Of a stretch of 64,000 bases of DNA, positions 37,955 through 48,425 are shown piece after piece; positions within the stretch are counted from its first letter, which is position 1, and each line of letters opens with the position of its first letter. A program made the translations under genes and the position numbers. This DNA is from a virus (taxonomy: Duplodnaviria > Heunggongvirae > Uroviricota > Caudoviricetes): the IMG/VR virus record IMGVR_UViG_3300035494_000066; one strand, given 5' to 3'. Under the pieces are notes generated by a model. The model did no database searches, was not told the DNA's origin, and was given only the letters and a program-made list of their open reading frames with translations.

Positions 37955-38395
37955 TTAGACAAGCAACGTAGGAAGTGTCTTGTCTACTTTTTTGGTTTTA
38001 AGTTTAATTTTAGACACTGGTACGGCTGACATCAACGCATGTGTGAGTTCCTCGGGGCTTAAATGCCAGTCGATGTCAGCTGAGTACTCGTCGCAGTAAG
38101 TCGCTCCTGTGTACCTGTTCTTAAGGTAAACTACAACAAAGTCTTCATATAGCACAGTTGCGCGTTTAGTGCGGTTCTCAGCTTCGCCAGGCCATAAAGT
38201 GAAGTTGCGAGTAATCTCACTAAGGTTGCTAGTAATCTCACGGATGCTTTTATATTCGTCGTTGCAAGGGATAACAACAAATATAGAATTGGCCATATAT
38301 AAAGGTTCCACAGGAAGCAGCCGACCTTGTTCATTCTTAGCGTATGCAAATTCGTGGTTCACACTGTCTTTGTTAAAGTGGAGATAAATGTTCAT
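37955..38395 (-). CDS. Hypothetical protein
   Basis: GAGG SD; ORF in operon. Confidence 0.6.
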   Translation of the reverse strand: MNIYLHFNKDSVNHEFAYAKNEQGRLLPVEPLYMANSIFVVIPCNDEYKSIREITSNLSEITRNFTLWPGEAENRTKRATVLYEDFVVVYLKNRYTGATYCDEYSADIDWHLSPEELTHALMSAVPVSKIKLKTKKVDKTLPTLLV

Positions 38396-39282
38396 TGTGT
38401 TTCACCTCTGAAATACGATTCAATGACACAGCGCTTAGCAATAGGATCAGTAGATAACCACTTGTCGAGATCAATTGTCGAAACGATGTAGTCAACAATA
38501 CCGTAGAACTCTTCGTCGATGTTTTCTCGGAAAGCAATAGGATCTTGATACATCAGCTCGATATTTTTCTTAGACATACGCATAATGAACTTTTTAGTCA
38601 AGTAATGCACTGACTTAATTTTCATTACAGTGTCTTGTGTTTCGTCGTCGAGGCGGATCATGAATCCTTCGTGCTTAACTGATGCAACAGTCTTAGTCAC
38701 ATCGCTCATTCGGCAACGAAACCACTCAGGACGCATGAACAGTGCCTTTGTGGCTACTACATCTAGCTCCTCTTCAGTGGCCATAGCGCCGGTTGTCATA
38801 CATCGCTTGCCGATTAAGTAAGCGCCGGATTCTTCGCTAACAATATGCGGATCGAGTGGATCGCAAATTTCGAACAAGTAAGTAGCACCGGGCTCGATGT
38901 TGTATTTCTTGAGGTGTTCTCTGGCTAGCACAGCAAAATCTGAATCAAGCGAGCCGGTTGTAGACACTAGTAGCTTGCCTCGATAATGTCGAGCAGCAGC
39001 CATAAACCCGTTGATTTTCCGAACAGCAATAACCGGAGTGTCACGATCTAAATCAGTTCCGTTTTCGAAACGATTGAACACTTTAGTAAACGGCCAAATC
39101 ACTACACGGTTATTCTCGTCGAGGACTACTCCCCGGGCATCTAACAGCCTTTCGTCGGTCAGCCATAAGTTTTTAAAGAACACCTTTTTGCTGTACTTCG
39201 CAACAGAGAGGCCCGGGTACTTAGCGCTTTCTCGTACTACAACTAGTTTTTGATCAACGAGGTCAGAAAAATCAAAGTTCAT
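38392..39282 (-). CDS. RNA ligase, T4 Rnl1-like family
   Basis: KYSKKVFF, RGVVLD, PFTKVFN, RKINGFM (motif I), TYLFEI, HEGFM, KIKS. Confidence 0.85.
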   Translation of the reverse strand: MNFDFSDLVDQKLVVVRESAKYPGLSVAKYSKKVFFKNLWLTDERLLDARGVVLDENNRVVIWPFTKVFNRFENGTDLDRDTPVIAVRKINGFMAAARHYRGKLLVSTTGSLDSDFAVLAREHLKKYNIEPGATYLFEICDPLDPHIVSEESGAYLIGKRCMTTGAMATEEELDVVATKALFMRPEWFRCRMSDVTKTVASVKHEGFMIRLDDETQDTVMKIKSVHYLTKKFIMRMSKKNIELMYQDPIAFRENIDEEFYGIVDYIVSTIDLDKWLSTDPIAKRCVIESYFRGETQ

Positions 39283-39314
39283 AGCATTCTCTCTGCTTAA
39301 CTGTTTATATTTGA

Positions 39315-39343
39315 ATTATACAGTACATGAGGTAACAGTGCAA
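39315..39343 (-). promoter_or_regulatory. sigma70-type promoter
   Basis: TTGCAC-17-TATAAT upstream of the RNA ligase. Confidence 0.65.
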
Positions 39344-39363
39344 CTGGTTTTTAGTGCAGACGA

Positions 39364-39925
39364 TTATTTGTTATGCCCGTCTGGTGTAAATCGGGTACGC
39401 TTACTCATGTACGCAGCAACTTCGTCAAAAGACCAGATTTGGTAGTCTGGATGGTTGTCGATTCCAACATCTAGGATTAATCCAAGATCTGGCTGATACG
39501 AACCGTGGCAATGTCCGTGCAACATCCACGAACCATAGTGCGCATGATCCCAAACAGCCATCGGGTAATGTGACATTACAATAGTCTGTCCGTTGATGTG
39601 CTTTTTTGTATAATCGCATACTGCAACAACGTTAGTGCACTCGTTGGCTATGCGGGCCATAGCTCTCCAGTGACAGTGATTTCCTGTCACTAACGTAATC
39701 TTCCCGTTCAGGCGATTTATAATGTTGATAATCTCGTTAACACGAGATACTGACTTTCCAAAGAATAGATCACCGAGTGAAAACACTTCGTCGTCTGGAC
39801 CTACGCGCGAATTCCATCGCGTGACAATTTCTTCAGTCTGCTCTTCGAATGTCCACGGACGGTTGCAATAGTGGATAACGTTTTTGTGAAAAAAGTGCAA
39901 ATCGCTAGTAAAAAAAAGTAGCCAT
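39364..39925 (-). CDS. Calcineurin-like metallophosphoesterase; real ATG (39925) is one base out of frame at a T8 run
   Basis: TSDLHF, LGDLF, GNH, HYP, HGHCH motifs; ATG GCT ACT T7 then ACT AGC GAT TTG CAC. Confidence 0.8.
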
Positions 39926-39997
39926 TAAAAAATCCTTGTTTAGTCGATGACTTAATTATCTATAGTATAGTGTCATCGGGCAACTAATACAAGCCTT

Positions 39998-40672
39998 TTA
40001 TTGCAATGAATGCTCGAACCAGCGACGATAGTTTGCTAGCCCGTATGTTGGATACACAAGTGTATTTCGATCGAAAACGAATTCGTGTGTAGAGTTATTG
40101 TATCCGAATTCAACTAAGAATAAGTCGTCAACTTGGTTGAAATTGAATGGCATAGTTACTGACTGTCGCCGCTCGCCTGGCATCGAGTTCCATACAGTAA
40201 ACCCTGCGTTCTTAAGGGCAGCAGCATGCGAAGGTGCAGACTGGTTTTTAGAAAAATTTATAGTATTGATTTTTGACTGGTATAGTTGTAACAAGTCATC
40301 TGTTTTAATGACCCGCAGCTTACCTTTAGTGCGGCATTGAGTCGGGGTGATCATAAGAAAAACACTGGCTTGAGTTGCTGTTAGACCCGACTTTTCAAAA
40401 AACCCAAATTGATCAATTGAGCCCACTTCAACATACCCGCTGGTTGTTTTACAAAACTTAATTTCTGCAAAACATCTAGACCGTGCGTAAGGTTTAGTTT
40501 GAAACACAACATCAAACTCTGGCCAGTACACACCGGCAGCAGGCTTACATGCGATTGTATAACCAGTGATATTGCAAATCAGCTGCGAAATATAGTTTTC
40601 GACATCATCGATGTGCTGCTGGCCAGCAGCACAGCCAATCTGCTGCATGAGCTTAGGTGATGCTATAAACAT
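39998..40672 (-). CDS. Hypothetical protein, possible PD-(D/E)xK nuclease fold
   Basis: PEFDVV...FAEIKF; weak. Confidence 0.5.
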   Translation of the reverse strand: MFIASPKLMQQIGCAAGQQHIDDVENYISQLICNITGYTIACKPAAGVYWPEFDVVFQTKPYARSRCFAEIKFCKTTSGYVEVGSIDQFGFFEKSGLTATQASVFLMITPTQCRTKGKLRVIKTDDLLQLYQSKINTINFSKNQSAPSHAAALKNAGFTVWNSMPGERRQSVTMPFNFNQVDDLFLVEFGYNNSTHEFVFDRNTLVYPTYGLANYRRWFEHSLQ

Positions 40673-40717
40673 GTAAGTTCTGCCTATGAGTGTGTTAAAA
40701 CTATATTATAAGCTCAA

Positions 40718-41311
40718 TTACGGCAAGACACAATCTATTCTGAACGCAGCTTGGTAAAAATTCGTACGGGAGATTTGCGTAGCTTTGATATTGTTGGTAC
40801 TACACCATTCGCTAAAAGCCCGCTGTTCATTTTGGTAGTTAGTGCTTTTGTGCTGCGTCCGAGCGTAGTTTTCATATTCATCGAATACAATGATAGTCCC
40901 TACTGTAACTAAGCTTGTAACGCTGTTTAACGCGCTTACAGCACTGCTATATAAGTCACAGTCGATGTGGATCAGTGAAGCATTCTGCTGCAGGTGTTTA
41001 GCAACTACAGGAGCAGTGTTACTAAAATCTCCTTTGCAGAGCACAATGTTAGGTTTGTTGAATGTTGGAACTTTGCAAGCAAAAGTGCCAGCTGGAACAA
41101 TACAGTCACCGCGATCCCAATCTTCTGGCAACCCGCTCCACGAATCGAATCCTATGCATAGTTGATTAGGATGCAACGTTGATAGTAAGTTAATGCTAGC
41201 ACCGCTAGCAACACCGAATTCTAGTATAACTCCGCTAGTACTAGCGTGTGATGACGCATACGTTAAATGTTTGTGTTTCGCAGCTAACACTGTATTTTCT
41301 TTAATTTCCAT
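40718..41311 (-). CDS. Class I SAM-dependent methyltransferase (TylF/MycF-like); probable start MEIKEN
   Basis: LEFGVASGAS, GFDSWSGLPE, HIDCDLYSS, IVFDEY. Confidence 0.8.
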   Translation of the reverse strand: MEIKENTVLAAKHKHLTYASSHASTSGVILEFGVASGASINLLSTLHPNQLCIGFDSWSGLPEDWDRGDCIVPAGTFACKVPTFNKPNIVLCKGDFSNTAPVVAKHLQQNASLIHIDCDLYSSAVSALNSVTSLVTVGTIIVFDEYENYARTQHKSTNYQNEQRAFSEWCSTNNIKATQISRTNFYQAAFRIDCVLP

Positions 41312-42536
41312 AGGCTTTAATAATGTACTCTGTTGAAATGCTAGATACTGTACCAAACACCCAATGACGGTCACTGATTGTTTTTGGCATAACATTTAGC
41401 GGAATGTTGTACTTAGTGCATAAAAAGTTAACGAAGTTATTAAACTGATCAGGAGTAGTAAAACTAGTCCCATCGTTGAAGAATCTGTCCGGTAACATAG
41501 AAGCTAACTGAACACACCCGTTTAACCAGTTTGCTTTTTCAGTTTCGAATTCATTGCTGTGTAAAAACCAGCGATCCTTGATCCACAAGCTAGGTGTATC
41601 TGGCTTTCCGACCGAATAGTACTTTCGGTCTGACCCCGGAGTTTGGCTTGCAGGAACATACCGACTGTATATAATCGGCTCTATATACTTGACCATCTTA
41701 CTTGGGTTAGAACATATGTTTGCAGGGACGTTAGCTGATTCGCAGTACTTTATAACTTCGTGTGCTTGTTTAACAAGTAGATCTGGTAAGTTACTTTGCC
41801 AGAAGAATGCCTCAACCGTATAATCTAGCTGGTCTGATTGCTGCTTAGTTTGTCCATTGGCTAATATAGAGTCTAAAAATGACAAACGCCAGTACCCGTC
41901 TTTGACATACACTCGGGGTTTATCTAACCCTTTAACTAAGCAAGTACTGCCTACTTCTAGCTTGTTCTTAAACCACGCGTGATTATTGATAGAGTTAAAT
42001 GTAACTGGTTGTGGACTAAGCATTCCGTAATTGTGCAAGTTATCAACCCAGTCGTCTGATTTGTACACTCGGTAGCTGTTGCTAATATCTTGCAAAAAAA
42101 TGTCAAATTTGATACCTTTTTGTTTTTCTAGTTTTTTTATGTAAGGTATTGCAACTTTCGTTACTTCTGAATTAACTTCGGTTGCACCTGTAAAACTACT
42201 AGATGCGTTAACTCCTTGGATAACTATGCCGTCGACTTTGATATTGTTGTCAACAAACGAACGAAGCACAGTAGTTGAGTCTATGCCGCCAGAGAAACTA
42301 ATAATAACGTTCTTGTACTGCTCTCTAATTTGCAATGCACGTTTCTTGTACAATTCGTACAAGCTATCGCTAGGTTCAGAACTCCAGTTAACAGATTGGA
42401 AAACACTATCATTGAAGTGCCAAGTTGGAAAATCCCATCCTTGCAACACACATGCTCGCATAGCGTCATATTTGTTTTCAAATATAGAATCCCCAACTGA
42501 GTAAAATCCGTGCTTAAGTGTCCTTAAATGTCTCAT
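41301..42536 (-). CDS. PP-loop ATP pyrophosphatase (asparagine-synthase-like) protein
   Basis: ISFSGGIDST motif. Confidence 0.65.
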   Translation of the reverse strand: MRHLRTLKHGFYSVGDSIFENKYDAMRACVLQGWDFPTWHFNDSVFQSVNWSSEPSDSLYELYKKRALQIREQYKNVIISFSGGIDSTTVLRSFVDNNIKVDGIVIQGVNASSSFTGATEVNSEVTKVAIPYIKKLEKQKGIKFDIFLQDISNSYRVYKSDDWVDNLHNYGMLSPQPVTFNSINNHAWFKNKLEVGSTCLVKGLDKPRVYVKDGYWRLSFLDSILANGQTKQQSDQLDYTVEAFFWQSNLPDLLVKQAHEVIKYCESANVPANICSNPSKMVKYIEPIIYSRYVPASQTPGSDRKYYSVGKPDTPSLWIKDRWFLHSNEFETEKANWLNGCVQLASMLPDRFFNDGTSFTTPDQFNNFVNFLCTKYNIPLNVMPKTISDRHWVFGTVSSISTEYIIKAYGN

Positions 42537-43860
42537 TGTACATGCTCATGATAATCTGATCTGCAAACAGCCGCCCGAGCGGAGTAAGGGTTATTCTCCC
42601 ATCGTTGACGCTAATAGCGCCCGCCTCTAATAACATGTTGATTTTTTCTGTCAGACCTAGCGTAGAGATGATGTCAAAATTGTACTTATCGTTGAGTTTT
42701 TTAACGTCTGCTACTGTCTTAAGCGCAAACATAAAATGCCTTCTTGCAATCTCTGTTACTGTTAAGTCTGACGCTTTAGTGATAGGAAGGACACCGTCGT
42801 CGATAAGTTTGTAATATTCTTTAATTGAGCTAGTGTTTGAAAAGGAAGTACCTTCCCAGTATCCGTATGAACTAACACCTATTGCAATTTGATTAGCTTG
42901 TTCTTGCCATTTAATAATGTTGTGCTTGTATGAGACGTTTTTTGTATACCATCCTGCAGGGTATCCTGCTTGGTATCCTGCAAGGCTAAACCCAGTGTCG
43001 ACGATAACTCCGAGCTCTATTAGGTCGTCGTCGCTGAATTCGTACCCAGTTGACGAAATAACTTTTGCATCAACAGACCTGGGCTTAAGGCTGTACTGGT
43101 AACACGTAATCGACGGAATATCAAGCTCGGCACATATTTGTACATCTCGCGCTAGAGACTCTCGGGTCTGACCCGGCAATCCTCTAATCAGGTCAATATC
43201 TATGTCAGTGATCCCTGCTAGCCGAATATTGTGTATAGCTTGTTCTGCAACAGCTGCAGTGTGGCGTCGATTGATAGCTGTTAGAACAGAATCGTCCCAT
43301 GACTCTACTCCAATGCTTACTCGGTTAACGCCGTGCTCTTTTGCTGTTTTGATTTTTTCACTTGTTACAGTCTCTGGCGACCCTTCGAGGGTGTATTCTC
43401 CGCTGCACAGCACATGGCTATTAATAGTCGACAGTAAGCGTGATAACTGAGTATTGCTTAGTATAGTTGGAGTTCCGCCACCGATGTATACAGACTCTAC
43501 ACAAATCGGTAACCCTATTGTCTTTGCAAGTATATCAAACTCAGCACTAATGTAGTCGATGTATTCGTCGATCTTAGAGCTACCTTCGTGTGTAGCTTTT
43601 ACAACATACGAACAATAATTACAAATGCCTGTGCAAAACGGTATATGGACGTATAGTGAATTTATGTTTTTTTGCGTTTGTGTATACGGGTTTTTGTTAG
43701 ACGACTCTAGGTGCTTATTTAACGGGTATGTAACACAAGACTGACTGTCTTTGTTGCCTATCACGTGGGAGTTTTTAAAACCGTACTCTTTCATGCATGC
43801 GATGCCAAGCGATAGTTTGCTAAGTGCCGATGACGATGAAGCGAGAATTTTTGAAATCAT
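42514..43860 (-). CDS. Radical SAM enzyme, HemN/HemW-like
   Basis: LYVHIPFCTGICNYC, YIGGGTPT, RVSIGVES, DLIRGLPGQT. Confidence 0.88.
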   Translation of the reverse strand: MISKILASSSSALSKLSLGIACMKEYGFKNSHVIGNKDSQSCVTYPLNKHLESSNKNPYTQTQKNINSLYVHIPFCTGICNYCSYVVKATHEGSSKIDEYIDYISAEFDILAKTIGLPICVESVYIGGGTPTILSNTQLSRLLSTINSHVLCSGEYTLEGSPETVTSEKIKTAKEHGVNRVSIGVESWDDSVLTAINRRHTAAVAEQAIHNIRLAGITDIDIDLIRGLPGQTRESLARDVQICAELDIPSITCYQYSLKPRSVDAKVISSTGYEFSDDDLIELGVIVDTGFSLAGYQAGYPAGWYTKNVSYKHNIIKWQEQANQIAIGVSSYGYWEGTSFSNTSSIKEYYKLIDDGVLPITKASDLTVTEIARRHFMFALKTVADVKKLNDKYNFDIISTLGLTEKINMLLEAGAISVNDGRITLTPLGRLFADQIIMSMYNETFKDT

Positions 43861-44016
43861 TGGTTGCCTAGTAGATAAAAGAAAAGTGCTATAGTGCAGT
43901 AAATTAACATTATATTATGTATATAGTATAGTTTACGTTCGTCTGCACTGTAGCACTTCAAAGAGTAGCTTTTTCTATGTGTATTACTATTAAGTAGTAG
44001 TTAGTATGTAATAGAA

Positions 44017-44586
44017 TCAGCTACCGTATACAAGTTCTGAATTCAGAACATGTTTTTCGATGAGTTCTAACGACTCATTAATGTGTTCAAATCGATGACT
44101 ACCGCCGTCGAACACTGAAACTGCGTAATGTGGTTCGAGTAACCGTTTAGTCCGGTCTGAGTCTAACACTTCGTCTGCAGCATCAAGGATGACTAAACCA
44201 GAGCCACTAACTGCAAAGTCCCGATTGGCGTACGAATCAATTACACTAGAACTCAACTCGTACTCATCGCCGGTGTACGAAACATTTTTACCTTCGTACC
44301 GCTTAAGTGTAACACTTGGTTCAATCGACGGGTTTAGCGCAACGAACGGAATACCAAAGTGTTCACCAATCTCAGCAGCCCAGTACCCACCCAAGCTAGT
44401 GCCGACAATTAAGTCAACTCGCTCGTGCATTGCAGTACTGGCCAACAAATTAAATACATCAATCCATGGACGAGTATAGTCAACAGTGATGCCAACTACT
44501 TCACCGAGTGATTTTAACCCAACTACTTTCTCGTTGGCAACATCAAATTTGCTAGCAAAGCCGTGGATATAAAGTATTTTCATCAC
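44017..44586 (-). CDS. YqiA/YcfP-like alpha/beta esterase
   Basis: ILYIHGF, GTSLGG, LNPS, DEVLD, GGSHRF. Confidence 0.85.
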   Translation of the reverse strand: MMKILYIHGFASKFDVANEKVVGLKSLGEVVGITVDYTRPWIDVFNLLASTAMHERVDLIVGTSLGGYWAAEIGEHFGIPFVALNPSIEPSVTLKRYEGKNVSYTGDEYELSSSVIDSYANRDFAVSGSGLVILDAADEVLDSDRTKRLLEPHYAVSVFDGGSHRFEHINESLELIEKHVLNSELVYGS

Positions 44587-44613
44587 CGTCTCCTAACTTC
44601 TCATTACAGTGTA

Positions 44614-44642
44614 AGTATATAGGTTGTTAGCAGTGCTGTCAA
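44614..44642 (-). promoter_or_regulatory. sigma70 promoter
   Basis: TTGACA-17-TATACT. Confidence 0.8.
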
Positions 44643-44645
44643 TGG

Positions 44646-45260
44646 TTATTTGATAGTATTTCCGACACTTCCGAACATCACTTTAAATATCATTGTGCCA
44701 CCTAGCTCTCTGAGATATCCGTAGTTAACTAGTTGTGGATATTTGGCTAGCGTCATTTTTGCATCACTGGGCCATTTGTCCTCTGGCACGTCTTTAATCG
44801 GCGTAACAGGATCTCCTAGAATTTGTTCAGCAGCAGCGGGTGTCATGGTTTTTGACTTTAACTGATCCCATGGGATTTGCTTCATTAAAGCCCCTAGCGC
44901 AGCTTTGCTCTTCTCGCCGTACGCCCGGACCGGGTCGTTCCGCATGATGTCAGCTGATCTCTCTTTGCCGTAGTCTGTACCTGCAGTACCGGATGCTACA
45001 CTCTTACGGCCGTCTTTGTCTTTGTACAAAATTACAGCGTGTACTTTGCCGTCTTTGACAGCAAGCTTCCAGAATGGAATATTCTGCACCATGTCATCTG
45101 GGTCCCGGAATCCGGAACCTTTAATACCACCGATCGGTTTGTATGTCGACTGTAGAATGTCCCACACTTGGTTTTTGTAGTGGTTCTTAAGAGCAAGTAC
45201 CTCGGGTGAGTCGCCTATAGCGTTAACGTAACGCTCGTTAATTAAGTCTTTGAACAGCAT
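44646..45260 (-). CDS. Hypothetical late protein
   Basis: MLFKDLINE N-terminus; TAAATA at 45279-45284 and AAGGAG SD. Confidence 0.7.
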   Translation of the reverse strand: MLFKDLINERYVNAIGDSPEVLALKNHYKNQVWDILQSTYKPIGGIKGSGFRDPDDMVQNIPFWKLAVKDGKVHAVILYKDKDGRKSVASGTAGTDYGKERSADIMRNDPVRAYGEKSKAALGALMKQIPWDQLKSKTMTPAAAEQILGDPVTPIKDVPEDKWPSDAKMTLAKYPQLVNYGYLRELGGTMIFKVMFGSVGNTIK

Positions 45261-45281
45261 TGAAATCTCCTTATATGCTAT

Positions 45282-46121
45282 TTATTCAAAGACCCTAACT
45301 GACACTTTAAGAACATCTTCAACTCGGCTGTGGTCTTCAACAATGTCGACAACTTGATACTTTGAGCATCGTCCTTTAGTGTTGTTGTAATCAGCTGGGA
45401 TGCTAACAACATCAGCTGGGTTAATTTTTAGCAGCACGATTTTTTCGCCGCGGAAATGGTTCAAATACCCTAGGCTACAAAAGTGCAGTCCGTCGGAACA
45501 GTAATTAGTCCGGATGTCGTCGACCTTGTTGCGGGGCATTTCGACCGTTGTAACACCGTCAACGATGCTTACAGTAACGTTTTCTTCTTTACCAACACCA
45601 GTGTACTTCCCGGCTACAATACTATCACGCTCGCTGCTAGTTAGTAGCTTAGCCGGCTTGTTTAGCACAGTGTTTGTGTAGCAGTCATTGAAGTTATCAT
45701 TGACTCGCTTGTAGGCAATAAAACAACCATCTTCTGTAATTGGCATTTTACAGCCTTCGAGGAACAAGTACAGTTCGTTAACTGCAGTTGCACTTGGGTT
45801 TTGATTCAAGTTGTCTATAAAGCTAACAAACGGGTCGATAGAAAAACCGTCCTTGTATAGATCAATGATCCGCTCTGCCATCACTCCTGCTAGCTTGCGC
45901 CCTTTCCAGTACAGTGTATTCTTGTCAATGACTAGATCGCCGTTGCTGTACTTAACTAAATCTGTTTTTACGTCTACTAATCCGGGTAGCAACTCCCACT
46001 CGTTATCTTTAATTGCAGATTTAATCTTGTGGTAATTCAGATGGTCTTCTTTGATTGTGTGTGAAGTACCGTCGATCACCACGATGATGTTTTTTCCTTG
46101 AATCAAGTACGGATATGACAT
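45282..46121 (-). CDS. rIIB: rIIB-like protein
   Basis: ELYLFLE...ITEDGCFIAYKRV...CSDGLHFCS..Y...F.G...KINPADVVSIP.DY...KGRCSKY. Confidence 0.9.
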   Translation of the reverse strand: MSYPYLIQGKNIIVVIDGTSHTIKEDHLNYHKIKSAIKDNEWELLPGLVDVKTDLVKYSNGDLVIDKNTLYWKGRKLAGVMAERIIDLYKDGFSIDPFVSFIDNLNQNPSATAVNELYLFLEGCKMPITEDGCFIAYKRVNDNFNDCYTNTVLNKPAKLLTSSERDSIVAGKYTGVGKEENVTVSIVDGVTTVEMPRNKVDDIRTNYCSDGLHFCSLGYLNHFRGEKIVLLKINPADVVSIPADYNNTKGRCSKYQVVDIVEDHSRVEDVLKVSVRVFE

Positions 46122-46136
46122 TTGATTTTACCTTTA

Positions 46137-48353
46137 TTATGAGTTAGCAACAATGTAGTCTGCAATTAGTTTAACTTCTTCATCTCGATATGTATACCGA
46201 AGAATCTTCAGAAGCGGGTATTTTTCTAGTTCTTTAACATACCGATCGATGCTCTTTTCGGCATACTTTAACACTAATTTAAATGTAAATGTATTGTTGT
46301 ACTCGTACCTAGCTTGATGTGCAGTTATTGCAACTGGGTGATCGTTGAGCAAATCAGCAATGTCGTTAAACTTTCCTGGATATTGTTTCTTAAGGTATTT
46401 TCCGACGTGTTTAAAATCGGTGTGGTCAACTTCAGCTTTGTTACATGCTACTGTTAGTGCATATTTTTTAGCAGCTTCTTTGATAGCATCGGTTGATTCT
46501 TCTAAGAACTCACTAAACAGTTTGAATTGTTTATTACGTTTTACTTCGTCCCAGTGGGACTTTCGAACACCTACAATAACTTGGTTCTGATTTAGCAAGT
46601 TGAGTTTAACAGCAAGCTCGCAGTTTTCTTTAAATCGACTAGCAATCTTCGAGTCGCAAATGTCAAAACCGCTCAATGGCACGTATAAAAACTCGCGAGT
46701 GTCGCTACTATCAACTTCGATAGGTTGCCATACATAATTGCGATCGATCGAGTTGTGCCGAGAGTAAGACGAACTTTGACGCAGCTTAAGGATTGGCATC
46801 TTTCCGGTAGCAACCGCGGCCTTCCGCACCTTTTTATCTAGTGCCGACAGTACGGTGCAAAAGCTTTCTGAAAAGTCGCCTAGCTTTTTGTTTACTATAG
46901 AAAAGTCAGCTGGCTTAGACGTGTCGATTGCAGACAGCACAATAACATAATTTGCACGGAAAGCAGCACCGTCTTTGACTAGATTTCCATGGTTCGACCG
47001 CATGTGGTACTTTGTTCGAGTAATCGCGCCGAGTTTTGTGTCGTTTGTTACAATCCCGAGTGCAATAGTTGGGCTAATTTTATAGGTTGTAGTAGTCGCA
47101 CCGTTATCGTCTACATGTCGATTTGGCTTATGTTCTTTGACGCCGTTGTGAGTATATTCTAGAATGTTAATTCGGATGTTATTGTTTTCGAGCTCGCTAA
47201 CATTAAGTTCGTACGGCGTTATTTGAACTTCGCCTTTACGCCATCCTGACTGGTGGACAATAGCAACACTGCTGTCGTTTAAGTTGTTAACGTACGAACT
47301 TAGTGGGATCTTAAACCAGTTATCTCCGGCCATCGCTGCAATATCTTTTTTAAGATCCCACTGGGTTGTATGCTGAGCTAGTCGGCGTTCGAGAGACTCA
47401 AGTAGTTTACTATTTACTTGTTTCAAGGTATTGATAATATATTCGCACGTACTCGGTACATACTTCAAGTGTTCTCGACTTGGTTGAAATTGTACGCTAC
47501 CGATAGGGCAGTTAATTTCAATTCGCTTAAAGTCGAGCAATCGAATTGCGTTAAGTGCAGCCTGGCGTTCGCTGTCTGAGTCGCCTTCGTTCTCGGTGCT
47601 ATTAACGTATTGCTCGATCTGATCAGAACTAATTGGGTAAGAAATGTTGCCCATAACAATTCGGTTACCGCTACGGACCTGTTCGCAAATGTGAACTCCT
47701 GGAATGATATCTTTTTCGGCGTATGCTACTTCTTTGATATCAACGTCATGACCTGTCATGACTGGTTTAACATCAAAGTGAGTGAGTACAACAGCAGCAG
47801 CGTTCCAAAAACGTCGGAAATCCGATTCACTAACACCAAACCGAACCTCAACACTGTTTTGCTCTGCAGTTTCTGCTTCGTGCATTAGTGCAATACTAGG
47901 AACACCGTTATCGTTGATGAACGCAGAATAAAGACGTGTAATACCGTCTTTAGTTGCTGTTACTGCAAAGTTGTCAGTGTAGCTAAACGGGCTTTTAGAG
48001 CCCAAACCTAGTGCACCAACAAAGTCGTTGCTTTGTGATTTTGTGCTTTCAAAGTAAGTAGTGTAGATATCGATTACTTCGGTATGATCGAGGCCGGTAC
48101 CGAAGTCTCGAACAGCAAACCATGGTTCGAGCGCTGTCGGCAAGTGCAGTTCGAACGGCTTAGTTGGGCACTTAGCTGCAACATGACTGTCGTATGCATT
48201 GCAGCTAAGCTCGCGCACAATAGCTTCAGTTGAGTTTGAATACAAGCCGTCTGACAAAAGCGCAAATGACTTAGCACTGCTGCGGATTCGAAATTCATTA
48301 ACAGTAGTAGCGTTTGACTCTACAGTATTCACTGGAGCATCGTTAACAATCAT
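46137..48353 (-). CDS. rIIA: rIIA-like protein (N-terminal GHKL ATPase)
   Basis: LYSN...AIVRELSCNAYDSH, RDFGTGL, GALGLGSKSPFSY; adjacent to rIIB. Confidence 0.9.
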   Translation of the reverse strand: MIVNDAPVNTVESNATTVNEFRIRSSAKSFALLSDGLYSNSTEAIVRELSCNAYDSHVAAKCPTKPFELHLPTALEPWFAVRDFGTGLDHTEVIDIYTTYFESTKSQSNDFVGALGLGSKSPFSYTDNFAVTATKDGITRLYSAFINDNGVPSIALMHEAETAEQNSVEVRFGVSESDFRRFWNAAAVVLTHFDVKPVMTGHDVDIKEVAYAEKDIIPGVHICEQVRSGNRIVMGNISYPISSDQIEQYVNSTENEGDSDSERQAALNAIRLLDFKRIEINCPIGSVQFQPSREHLKYVPSTCEYIINTLKQVNSKLLESLERRLAQHTTQWDLKKDIAAMAGDNWFKIPLSSYVNNLNDSSVAIVHQSGWRKGEVQITPYELNVSELENNNIRINILEYTHNGVKEHKPNRHVDDNGATTTTYKISPTIALGIVTNDTKLGAITRTKYHMRSNHGNLVKDGAAFRANYVIVLSAIDTSKPADFSIVNKKLGDFSESFCTVLSALDKKVRKAAVATGKMPILKLRQSSSYSRHNSIDRNYVWQPIEVDSSDTREFLYVPLSGFDICDSKIASRFKENCELAVKLNLLNQNQVIVGVRKSHWDEVKRNKQFKLFSEFLEESTDAIKEAAKKYALTVACNKAEVDHTDFKHVGKYLKKQYPGKFNDIADLLNDHPVAITAHQARYEYNNTFTFKLVLKYAEKSIDRYVKELEKYPLLKILRYTYRDEEVKLIADYIVANS

Positions 48354-48388
48354 GCTTGAACCTTTATTTGAACATTTAATTTACATGT

Positions 48389-48417
48389 AGTATAAGAGAA
48401 AACTGCGCACCAGTCAA
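48389..48417 (-). promoter_or_regulatory. sigma70 promoter
   Basis: TTGACT-17-TATACT upstream of rIIA. Confidence 0.8.
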
Positions 48418-48425
48418 TATGAAAT

